A stretch of 64,000 nucleotides of DNA from the NCBI RefSeq assembly GCF_000006765.1, contig NC_002516.2; one strand, written 5' to 3'. The notes under the pieces were generated by a model. That model had not been told where the DNA came from. It saw only the letters and a program-made list of their open reading frames with translations, and did no database searches. Source of the stretch: Pseudomonas aeruginosa PAO1 (GTDB lineage Bacteria > Pseudomonadota > Gammaproteobacteria > Pseudomonadales > Pseudomonadaceae). Both the position numbers and the translations under genes were made by a program. The number at the start of each line of letters is the position of its first letter. The stretch's first letter is position 1. Positions 33,537 to 41,808 of this stretch are shown piece after piece.

Positions 33537-34003
33537 GGGGCTCTCTTGTCGGTCTTGTCCGGTAGCGTCGCGACGCTCGCAGCGGCGCTCCGGCGACGGC
33601 AGCGTCGCGGAACGGCATGCAAGCGGCAGGCCGGCCCCGCCGTTGCGCGGGGCCGGAGGGATATCAGGCGTGACGAGCGTCCGGCGGACGCGCGTGGCGG
33701 CAATGCCAGAGCGCCCAGAAGGCCAGTTCGAGAGGGAGGGAGAGCGGCTCCAGTTCCAGCCAGCGGCTGTGCTTGCGGGGTAGACGCGCGGGCGTTCCGG
33801 CCGGGTTGGCGGAAGGCTGGTAGGGCAGGGTGCGCGTCGTCGGTAGGTGCATGAAGGAAAACTGGGCCAGGGGTTGGAACAGCCTCGCACAGGCTGACGG
33901 GTGAATTAAATGCGCTTTTTACGACCTTTGCTTGAGCGAAATCGAAACCGAAGGAAAAAGAAGGGCGCCCCCGAATGGGCTGAAGAGACGCCCGGAAAGC
34001 GGC

Positions 34004-35401
34004 TCAACCCTTGTCGGCCTTGCCCGCGGCGGCGGCGAACCTGGCCAGGCGTACGTCGAGATGACGCGGGCGCCGGCCGGCGTCTTCGGCGTGCTCCTTG
34101 CGACGGATCGCGTTGCGCACCATCAGCGAACCGACATAGCGGATCGGCTCCGGCGGGAAGCGGCCGAGCGGCCCCTGGGTCAGCGGCGAACGGGTCCAGG
34201 GATTGTCCAGGCCGAGCGCCAGCGAAGAAAGGATCTGCCCGCCCATGTGGCATGGACCGACGCCGCTGCCGGAGTAGCCGAAGCCGTAGAACACATTGTC
34301 GCGGCCGTCGAGCCGGCCGAAGAACGGCAGGCCGGTCACCGAGCGATCCGACGGACCGTTCCAGCTGGCCTCGATGGCGACCTCGGCGAACTCGGGGAAG
34401 AACTCCCGCAAGCTGCCACGCAGTTGTCCGAGATACGGCGAGGGACGGTCGAACACCGGTAGCATGCGTCCGCCGTAGGCGAAGGTGTTGCCGCCCTTGC
34501 CGAGCATCAGCCGGCCGTCCGGGGTGTTGTGGTAGTAATGCACGAAGATCCGTGAGTCGAGCACGCTGACCCCGCTGGTCAGGCCGATCTCCTGCAACAG
34601 GTCCGGTCGTGGCTCGGTGATGAGCATGTCGCTGGAGACGATCGCCACGCTGCGTTCGAACTGCGGGAAGGCCCTCGCCATCCAGGCGTTCAGCGCCAGC
34701 ACCACGCGGCCGGCGACGACCCGCCCGTGGGGGGTGACCACTTCCGCCGGGCGGCCGTGCTCCAGTCCTCGCATCGGCGTGCCTTCGTACAGGCGTACCC
34801 CCAGTTGCAGGGCGACCCGGCGCAGGCCGCGAACCAGCTTGCCTGGTTGCACCGTCGCGGCAGCCGGCGAGAACCAGCCCTCCAGGTGCCTGCGCGAGCC
34901 GGCCAGGCGCTGCACGTCGGCCAGCGGGCGCTTGGCGAAGGAGTTGATGCCGTGGCGCTCCAGAGCGGCAATCACGCTGTCGGTGCTGCCGACCTGGGCC
35001 GGGTTGGTGGCGGTATAGAGGGTGCCGTCCAGCCGGTAGTCGGCCTCGACGTCGTAGCGCTGGCAGAAGGCGCCGATGGCCCGGATGCTGTCCTCGGAGG
35101 CCTTGACCAGGCGGATCGCCTCGGTTAGTCCGAACAGCCGTTCCAGGGTGAAGAACTTGGCCGACCAGGACAGCGCGCAGCCGCCGTTGCGGCCGCTGGC
35201 GCCGGCGCCGCAGAGATCGGCCTCGACCAGCACCACGTCGAGCCCGGGATCGTGCTCCTTGAGCATGATGGCGGTCCACAGGCCGGTGTAGCCGCCGCCG
35301 ACGATGCACACGTCGGCGCGGGTATCCCCGGCCAGCGGCGGGCAGGGTGCCGCATGTTCGGAGCGTAGGGCCTGGTCCAGCCAGAAGGGTCGGAAGGTCA
35401 T
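34004..35401 (-). CDS. FAD-dependent amine oxidoreductase, resembling the aminophosphonate oxidoreductase clade
   Basis: FWLDQAL, GGGYTG and GASGRNGGCALSWSAKFFTLERLFG; DAO family. Confidence 0.8.
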   Translation of the reverse strand: MTFRPFWLDQALRSEHAAPCPPLAGDTRADVCIVGGGYTGLWTAIMLKEHDPGLDVVLVEADLCGAGASGRNGGCALSWSAKFFTLERLFGLTEAIRLVKASEDSIRAIGAFCQRYDVEADYRLDGTLYTATNPAQVGSTDSVIAALERHGINSFAKRPLADVQRLAGSRRHLEGWFSPAAATVQPGKLVRGLRRVALQLGVRLYEGTPMRGLEHGRPAEVVTPHGRVVAGRVVLALNAWMARAFPQFERSVAIVSSDMLITEPRPDLLQEIGLTSGVSVLDSRIFVHYYHNTPDGRLMLGKGGNTFAYGGRMLPVFDRPSPYLGQLRGSLREFFPEFAEVAIEASWNGPSDRSVTGLPFFGRLDGRDNVFYGFGYSGSGVGPCHMGGQILSSLALGLDNPWTRSPLTQGPLGRFPPEPIRYVGSLMVRNAIRRKEHAEDAGRRPRHLDVRLARFAAAAGKADKG

Positions 35402-35411
35402 GGCTGTGCTC

Positions 35412-35765
35412 TCACTGCGGGCGGGCGGCGACGACGATCATTTCCACCCGCCAACGCGGGTCGATCAACTCGGCCAGGCTACAGGCGCGGGTCGGCGCCC
35501 GGCCTTCGGGAAACCACTGGTCCCAGACCTGGTTGAGACCGGCGTAGTCCTCCCGGTGGGCTAGCAGTATGCGTACCGAGAGCACCTGGCCGCGGTCGCT
35601 GCCGACGCTCTGGAGCAGCCGGTCGATGTTCTCCAGGATCTGGCGGGTCTGGTCCTGGATGTCACCGCTGGGGTCGTCTGCGACCTGGCCGCCGATGTAG
35701 ACCGTGTTGCCGTGCAGGGCCATCTCGGCCCGACGCTTGACGACTTCGAAACGTTCGATATGCAT
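35412..35765 (-). CDS. RidA/YjgF-family protein (YoaB-like)
   Basis: VYIGGQV, NQVWDQWF, PTRAC and WRVEMIVVA. Confidence 0.88.
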   Translation of the reverse strand: MHIERFEVVKRRAEMALHGNTVYIGGQVADDPSGDIQDQTRQILENIDRLLQSVGSDRGQVLSVRILLAHREDYAGLNQVWDQWFPEGRAPTRACSLAELIDPRWRVEMIVVAARPQ

Positions 35766-35820
35766 GAGGGGGTTCCCGGTTCGTGGAGAAGGACGCGGCG
35801 GAGGTTCCCGCCGCGGACGG

Positions 35821-37191
35821 TCAGGAGCGGATGGGACGGAAGTCCGCCAGGCTGGGGATATTCCGCAGGCTTTCCCGTGCGCCGCCGGGCCGGCTGTTCC
35901 AGTGCGGGAGGAGCACCGCGGTGGCGATCAGGGCTGCGATGGTGAAGCCGATGAACACCGTGTAGGTGTCGAAATAGCCGGGCAACAGACCGCCGAGGAT
36001 CGCGCCCACCGAACCGCAGCCATTGACGAAGCCGGAGGCGGTGCCGGCGGCCTCGCTGGTGCCGAAGTCGATGGCGGCGGAGCCGCAGATCATCGAGTCC
36101 GGGCCGTACAGGGTCAGTCCCATCATGAACAGCAGGCCGACCACTATCGGAATGCTGCCGGTGGTCATCGCCGGGACGAACAGCGCCAGGCAGACGGTCA
36201 GCGCCAGCAGGCTGATCACGCAGGCCGGCATGCGCCGTGCGCCGAACAGCTTGTCCGAGGCGAAGCCGATCAGGATCGGGCCGAGCAGGCCGGCTACCTC
36301 GAAGGCGGTGGGAACGATCGCCGCGCCGACCTTGCCGAGCGCCGGCATGCGTTCGTAGACGATCACCGGTCCCCACAGGAGGATCGCGTAGCGCGCCGGC
36401 TTGAGCAGGAAGTAGGCCAGGCCGAGGCAGAGCACCGTGCGGTTGCGCACCACCTTGGCGAGCACCTGCAGGCTGCCGCCGTTGCCGCCGTTGCCGCCTT
36501 CCGGCCTGAAGCCGGCATAGCGCACGGCTTCGCTCGCGGCCTGCGGTTCGACGGGAGGATGGCCGACGTCTTCCGGGCGGTTGCGCTGCAACAACAGGAA
36601 CAGCAGGGCCACGCCGCCGACCACCGCGGCGCTGAAGTAGAACGCCGCGTGCCAGGTACCGAACACGCTGTACGCCCACCAGCCGGCGAACGGCGAGGCG
36701 ACCAGGCCGCCGAAGGCGTAGCAGGTGCTCCACAGGCCGAGCACCCGACCGCGTTCGTGGGTGGCGAAGAAACTGCCGATGTTCTTGCACAGCCCCGACC
36801 AGCCGGTGGACTGCGCCAGTCCCTGGACCACCATGCAAGTGGCGAAGATCGGCAGGGTGGCGAAGGTGCCCATGACCAGCGCGGCCAGTGCGGAGATCAG
36901 CAGGCCGCCGAACACCACGATGCGCGGGCCGAAGCGGTCGGCCAGCACGCCCCAGGTGAACTGGCCGACGGCATAGGCGGCGAGGTAGATGGCGTCGAGA
37001 TCGGCCATCGCCATCTTGTCCAACTGGAAGCCCGGATCTTCGGCGATGCCGAGCTTGGCGACGGAAAAGGCCTTGCGGGTGAAATAGAAGGCGGCGTAGG
37101 CCAGCCAGGTGATCGCGAATATCTGCAGGCGCCAGCGCTGGAAGCTGGACACGGGAGAGGACGGCAGCGCCGTCCCGGGACGTTGATTCAT
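35821..37191 (-). CDS. MFS transporter, organophosphate:Pi antiporter (GlpT/UhpT-like) family
   Basis: YFTRKAFSVAK and ERGRVLGLWSTCYAFGG; 456 aa from MNQRPG; GAGG RBS. Confidence 0.8.
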   Translation of the reverse strand: MNQRPGTALPSSPVSSFQRWRLQIFAITWLAYAAFYFTRKAFSVAKLGIAEDPGFQLDKMAMADLDAIYLAAYAVGQFTWGVLADRFGPRIVVFGGLLISALAALVMGTFATLPIFATCMVVQGLAQSTGWSGLCKNIGSFFATHERGRVLGLWSTCYAFGGLVASPFAGWWAYSVFGTWHAAFYFSAAVVGGVALLFLLLQRNRPEDVGHPPVEPQAASEAVRYAGFRPEGGNGGNGGSLQVLAKVVRNRTVLCLGLAYFLLKPARYAILLWGPVIVYERMPALGKVGAAIVPTAFEVAGLLGPILIGFASDKLFGARRMPACVISLLALTVCLALFVPAMTTGSIPIVVGLLFMMGLTLYGPDSMICGSAAIDFGTSEAAGTASGFVNGCGSVGAILGGLLPGYFDTYTVFIGFTIAALIATAVLLPHWNSRPGGARESLRNIPSLADFRPIRS

Positions 37192-37244
37192 GGTTCTGAC
37201 CTCGATCTTGTTATCGGTGCCGGCAGGTGTGAGGGGAACACGCC

Positions 37245-37257
37245 TTGTTGTTGTTCT
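37245..37257 (-). promoter_or_regulatory. Hfq/Crc CA motif in the MFS leader
   Basis: AGAACAACAACAA on the mRNA strand. Confidence 0.5.
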
Positions 37258-37411
37258 GATGAGCACTTCCGCACCGCCATGTCGCGGTGCCTGGTCAGAG
37301 GGATCTGGAGTCGGCTTCACCTCCTGGGTAAGGGTTGCGGATGCCCAGGCAGGGGCTGGCTGCCGAGGCGCTGGCGCGCTGTGGTGAAGCGATGGAAACA
37401 ATTCCGGATAA

Positions 37412-37430
37412 ATAAATGAAATCGATTTAT
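37412..37430. promoter_or_regulatory. Candidate LysR recognition site
   Basis: ATAAAT-N7-ATTTAT in an AT-rich patch between the divergent MFS and LysR genes. Confidence 0.5.
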
Positions 37431-37568
37431 CAAATTTTAAATATAAGTTTTACTTGTTTGTCCGTAAGCCTGGCGCGGCGTGGGTCGAGGAAGTTGACCG
37501 AACGGTCATCCCCGTGTGCGCCGCCCATGGCGCGGAACCCCTTGTCCTGCCTGGAGTGGTGAAGATCC

Positions 37569-38450
37569 ATGTCGGTATCCCATGCGCAGTTGAAGGCTTT
37601 CCATGCAGTCGCCGTGTACGGCAGCTTCACGCGCGCCGCCGAGCGCCTGTTTCTCACCCAGCCGGCGGTTTCCGACCAGGTGCGCAAGCTGGAGGAGCGT
37701 TACGGCGTGCTGCTGTTCCACCGTAACAAGCGCTCGGTGCGCCTGAGCGAACTGGGCGAGCGCCTGCTCGCGGTGACCCAGCGGCTGTTCGCGATCGAGG
37801 CCGAGGCGGAGGAGCTGTTGTCCGCCTCCAGCGCCCTGCAGACCGGCACCCTGACCCTGGCGGTGGATGCGCCGGTGCATGTATTGCCGCAGATCGCGCG
37901 TTTCTGCGAGCGCTATCCGGGCATCGCGGTGCGGGTGGAGACCGGCAATACCGACGAGTCTCTGCAGCGACTGTTCAGCTACCAGGCCGACCTGGCCCTG
38001 TTGGGCCGGGACGTCAGCGACGAGCGGTTGCTTTCGCTGACCCTGCGCAACGACCCGATCGTCGCTTTCGTTTCGCTCAGCCATCCGTGGGCCGGGCGCG
38101 AGTCGATCCGGCTCGCCGATCTCGACGACATGCCGCTGGTGCTGCGCGAGCAGGGCTCGGTGACCCGCCAGACCCTGGAGGAGGAGATGAGCCGCGCCGG
38201 CCTGCGGATCTGTCCGGCGATCCAGGTCGAGGGCCGCGAGGCCTCGCGCGAGGCGGTGGTGGCGGGGATCGGCGTGGGGGTGGTGTCGGCCGCGGAGTTC
38301 GGCGCCGACACGCGGGTCCATGCGCTACCCATCGTCGATTGCCAGCGACGCCTGACCGAGACCCTGGTGTGCCTGCGCGAACAGCGTTCGCGGCGGATCG
38401 TCGAGACCTTCCTCGACCTGGTCGGCGAGGACCTGCCGGCGCCGAGCTAG
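37569..38450 (+). CDS. LysR-family regulator (phosphonate-catabolism-associated type)
   Basis: QLKAFHAVAVYGSFTRAAERLFLTQPAVSDQVRKLEERYG. Confidence 0.9.
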   Translation: MSVSHAQLKAFHAVAVYGSFTRAAERLFLTQPAVSDQVRKLEERYGVLLFHRNKRSVRLSELGERLLAVTQRLFAIEAEAEELLSASSALQTGTLTLAVDAPVHVLPQIARFCERYPGIAVRVETGNTDESLQRLFSYQADLALLGRDVSDERLLSLTLRNDPIVAFVSLSHPWAGRESIRLADLDDMPLVLREQGSVTRQTLEEEMSRAGLRICPAIQVEGREASREAVVAGIGVGVVSAAEFGADTRVHALPIVDCQRRLTETLVCLREQRSRRIVETFLDLVGEDLPAPS

Positions 38451-38470
38451 GGCGCGGCTTCGCGCAAGCG

Positions 38471-38497
38471 AAAAAAAGCCCGGCGGATGCCGGGCTT
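38471..38497. terminator. Terminator between convergent LysR and the 59-aa gene
   Basis: AAGCCCGGC-GGAT-GCCGGGCTT with an A7 run on the left (U tract for the minus strand). Confidence 0.8.
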
Positions 38498-38518
38498 CGA
38501 AGTCGTGCTGGCGGGCGC

Positions 38519-38698
38519 TCAGGCCTGCTTCTGTTCCTGCTCCAGGGACCTGTCCAGTTCGCGGCAGGCGCGCTGGATCATCACCTCGGTGATCGGGATC
38601 TCCCGGCCCTGGGCGTCGATGATGGCGCCACCGGTGTGCTGCTGCGTATTGAAGGGGATCACGCGGCGCTTGGCGGTATCGGTGTGTTGCGAATTCAT
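38519..38698 (-). CDS. Small hypothetical protein (59 aa)
   Basis: MNSQHTDTAKRRVIPF...GGAIIDAQGREIPITEVMIQRAC; GAGGAG RBS; own terminator. Confidence 0.8.
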   Translation of the reverse strand: MNSQHTDTAKRRVIPFNTQQHTGGAIIDAQGREIPITEVMIQRACRELDRSLEQEQKQA

Positions 38699-38907
38699 TG
38701 CCCGTCTCCTCATCAGGTTTATCGGCAGTCTAGGGAGCGCAGATGAAACCGCCGTGACAAACGGCGGATGTCGTGCCGCTCCAACGCGAAAGCCATGGAC
38801 CATAGCAATCTTGCAGTCGGCGTGCCAGCTTGCCGGCTACCGCTGGGTTTTTCTGGTTATAGTGGTCCGACCGGTGTGGGCGTCCTGGAGTTCGCCCGAG
38901 GATGAGT

Positions 38908-40053
38908 ATGGACATGTTTCGCCTGGGGTTGGTGGTCAATCCCCTGGCCGGGCTGGGTGGCCCGGTCGCCTTGAAGGGTAGCGATGGGGTGGCCGCCGAG
39001 GCCCTGGCCAGAGGCGCCGAACCACGTGCGCTGGAGCGCACCCGGATAGCCGTGGAGTGCCTGTTGCCGCTGGTCGAGAAGATCGAGTTCCTGACCTTTC
39101 CCGGGGCCATGGGTGGTGAGTTGCTCGAGCGCATGGGCTTCCGCCATCGCCTGCTCGGCGAGTGGCAGGGAGCGGTCAGCAGCGCGGCGGATACCCGGTT
39201 GGCGATCGAGCGTTTGCAGGAGGCCGGTGTCGCCCTGATCCTGTTCGCCGGTGGTGATGGCACAGCACGGGATGTTGCCGGGGTGGTGCGCGAGCAACAG
39301 CCGGTGCTCGGCATTCCGGCCGGGGTGAAGATCCACTCCGGGGTCTATGCCATCAGTCCGCGCGCGGCCGGCGAATTGGCCAGGCGCCTGGTCGAGGGCG
39401 GCCTGGTGCGCCTGGCCAGCGGCGAGGTGCGCGACCTCGACGAAGAGGCGCTGCGCGCCGGCCGCGTCGCCGCGCGTTGGTACGGCGAGATGACAGTGCC
39501 GGAGGAGGGCCACTTCATGCAGCACGTGAAGCAGGCAGGGATGGAGTCCGAGGAGCTGGTGCTGGTGGACCTCGCCGACTGGCTGGCGGAAAACTGGGAA
39601 GACGGCGTGCGCTATGTGCTCGGACCGGGCTCGACCTTGCATGGCCTGGCGCGCAACCTCGGCCTGGAAACCACCCTGCTGGGCGTCGACGTGCTGGAGA
39701 ATGGCGCGGTGATTGCCCGCGACGTCGACGAGGCGCGGCTGTTCGAACTGGTGGACGGTCATCCGGCGTACCTGCTGGTCACCGCCATCGGCGGCCAGGG
39801 CCACGTGATCGGTCGCGGCAACCAGCAGATCAGTCCCCGGGTGTTGCGCGCCATCGGCCTGGAGCGCATGCGGGTGGTCGCCACCAAGCGCAAGCTGGGG
39901 ACCCTCGGGGGCCGCCCGTTGCTGGTCGACAGCGGCGACCCGGTGCTGGACGACAGCTTCCCGGACACCATCCGGGTCTGGGCCGGCTACAAGGAAGAAC
40001 TGCTGTATCCGCTGGGATACGCGAAGGACCAGGACGCGCCCGCGGGCGCTTAG
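38908..40053 (+). CDS. ATP-NAD kinase / AcoX-like protein
   Basis: VNPLAG, GGDGT and PVLGIPAGVK; start at 38908 chosen for the GAGG RBS. Confidence 0.8.
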   Translation: MDMFRLGLVVNPLAGLGGPVALKGSDGVAAEALARGAEPRALERTRIAVECLLPLVEKIEFLTFPGAMGGELLERMGFRHRLLGEWQGAVSSAADTRLAIERLQEAGVALILFAGGDGTARDVAGVVREQQPVLGIPAGVKIHSGVYAISPRAAGELARRLVEGGLVRLASGEVRDLDEEALRAGRVAARWYGEMTVPEEGHFMQHVKQAGMESEELVLVDLADWLAENWEDGVRYVLGPGSTLHGLARNLGLETTLLGVDVLENGAVIARDVDEARLFELVDGHPAYLLVTAIGGQGHVIGRGNQQISPRVLRAIGLERMRVVATKRKLGTLGGRPLLVDSGDPVLDDSFPDTIRVWAGYKEELLYPLGYAKDQDAPAGA

Positions 40054-40063
40054 GAGGAAAAGG

Positions 40064-40660
40064 ATGGACAAGGACGTATCCGGCGCGCTGCGCCGCCTGT
40101 TGCTGCTCGCCATGCTCGGACTGCCGCTGGTGGCGGCCGCTGCGGTCGAACCGCAGCGACTGGTGGATGCGGCGCGTGCCCAGGTGGGCGTGACCCTGGG
40201 CTACGACCCGGCCTACCGGCAACTGGACTATCCGGGCGGCGACGTGCCGCTGCAGACCGGGGTCTGCACCGACGTAGTGGTCCGTGCGCTGCGCGGACAG
40301 GGGCTGGATCTACAGAAGGCGGTGCACGAGGACATGCGTCGCCACTTCGCGGCCTACCCGCAGCAATGGGGAATGAAAGGTACCGACCGCAACATCGATC
40401 ACCGCCGCGTACCGAACCTGATGACCTGGTTCAGCCGCCAGGGCCTGGCCCTGGCGCCTAGCCGCGACGCTTCCGCCTACCGGGCCGGAGACATAGTCGC
40501 CTGGCGCCTGGACAACGGCCTGCTGCATATCGGCGTGCTTTCCGATCGCAGGCTGGAGGGCAGGCCGCTGGTGTTGCACAACATCGGTGCCGGCGTGCGG
40601 GAAGAGGACCTGCTGTTCCGCTACCAGGTCATCGGCCACTACCGCTTCCCGCAGGGCTGA
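40064..40660 (+). CDS. Exported DUF1287/YijF-like protein (NlpC/P60-like fold)
   Basis: Signal peptide, YDPAY, GVCTDVVVRA, DHRRVPNL and HIGV. Confidence 0.75.
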   Translation: MDKDVSGALRRLLLLAMLGLPLVAAAAVEPQRLVDAARAQVGVTLGYDPAYRQLDYPGGDVPLQTGVCTDVVVRALRGQGLDLQKAVHEDMRRHFAAYPQQWGMKGTDRNIDHRRVPNLMTWFSRQGLALAPSRDASAYRAGDIVAWRLDNGLLHIGVLSDRRLEGRPLVLHNIGAGVREEDLLFRYQVIGHYRFPQG

Positions 40661-40739
40661 ATGGGCTGGGCAAGCCGTTCCAGCGGCGGATGAGCGCAGC
40701 TCGATTCCTCCGCCGCAGCCGCTGGACGGCGGGCAAGAA

Positions 40740-40762
40740 AAAACCGGCCTGCGGCCGGTTTT
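40740..40762. terminator. Bidirectional terminator
   Basis: AAAACCGGCC-TGC-GGCCGGTTTT. Confidence 0.8.
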
Positions 40763-40777
40763 CCTGTCTGCCCGGGC

Positions 40778-41059
40778 TCAGCGATATTCGCAGAGGTAGG
40801 CGGTGTCCTGGGCGACCTTGAGCTGGAACTTGCTGTTCGCCGGGACGGTGAACTGGCTGCCGCTGGCGTATTCCTGCCACTCGTCGCTGCCCGGCAGCTT
40901 GACCGTCAGCGCGCCGGCGACCACATGCATGATCTCCAGCTGGCTGGTGCCGAACTCGTATTCGCCTGCCGCCATCACGCCGATGGTGGCCGGGCCGGCG
41001 GTCATGTCGAAGGCGATGGATTTGACGGTGCCGTCGAAGTATTCGTTGACCTTGAACAT
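40778..41059 (-). CDS. ppnP: Pyrimidine/purine nucleoside phosphorylase
   Basis: [17 protein letters not shown]...[12 protein letters not shown]...YLCEY; 93 aa. Confidence 0.88.
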   Translation of the reverse strand: MFKVNEYFDGTVKSIAFDMTAGPATIGVMAAGEYEFGTSQLEIMHVVAGALTVKLPGSDEWQEYASGSQFTVPANSKFQLKVAQDTAYLCEYR

Positions 41060-41153
41060 GGGCTTCTCCTGAAGGGGTGAACAGGCGGGTTTGAAAAGGC
41101 CCGCCAGTATGCCCAAGCCTCGGAAAGGCGTCACTAGGCGGCGCGGGCCTCGT

Positions 41154-41705
41154 TCAATGCTCCACCGGCAATACCAGCGGCAGCAGCCGTGCGGTATTGC
41201 GGGCATCCTCCAGGGCGCGGTGCTGCTGGCCCTGGAAACTCATCCCGGCCAGTTGCAGGGCCGCGTTCAGGCCGACTGGGCGGGGCAACTGGCGGACTTC
41301 GCCGAAGCGTTGCTTGAGATTGACGTGCGGCACTTCGCTGAGCTGGCTGGTCAGCCCGTGCTGGCGCCATTCCTGCTCCAACTGGCGGCGGTCGTAGTCG
41401 CCCCAACTGGCCCAGCCGGCCAGTCGCGGACGATGCTGGGCGAGCCAGCGCTCGAAGGCTTCCCAGACCGTATTGAGATGGGCTGCGCCATCGACGTTGG
41501 CCTGGCTGATATGCGTGAGGTCGCGGCAGAAGTGGGTCAGCAGCGGCCGCCTGACCGGCCGTACGAAACGCTGGAAGTGGTCCAGTTCGCGGGCGTCCGC
41601 GGCGGCGACCAGGGTGGCGCCGATCTCGATGATTTCCATTTCCTCCAGGGGCCAGCCGCCTTCCGCGGTGGTGGCCTCCAGATCGATTACCAGCCAGTGA
41701 GGCAT
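41154..41705 (-). CDS. DEDDh 3'-5' exonuclease (ERI1/KapD-like)
   Basis: VIDLEAT, EIIEIGA, WGDYD and HRALEDA; 183 aa. Confidence 0.85.
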   Translation of the reverse strand: MPHWLVIDLEATTAEGGWPLEEMEIIEIGATLVAAADARELDHFQRFVRPVRRPLLTHFCRDLTHISQANVDGAAHLNTVWEAFERWLAQHRPRLAGWASWGDYDRRQLEQEWRQHGLTSQLSEVPHVNLKQRFGEVRQLPRPVGLNAALQLAGMSFQGQQHRALEDARNTARLLPLVLPVEH

Positions 41706-41808
41706 CGGAGCTATCCATACCAGGGTCCGCGCTGAGTATGGCGGGGCTTCCGGACCTCGGCAAACCGCTGTGCTAGGCTGCGGGATCGGATTTCGAGGAG
41801 ATGACGGA

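Noticed and set aside
33856-33869. Sigma-54 promoter for pauA3
   Set aside because: TGGC is present but the -12 GC is missing at the required spacing
33537-33890. N-terminal extensions given by the ORF track (pauA3, MFS, braB, DUF599, SDR and others)
   Set aside because: They arise from upstream in-frame alternative starts; RBS position and family length support the shorter starts, except braB, where no SD is visible
40677-40730. Imperfect long hairpin after the DUF1287 gene as a REP or sRNA
   Set aside because: Single copy in the window and adjacent to a clear terminator; no further support
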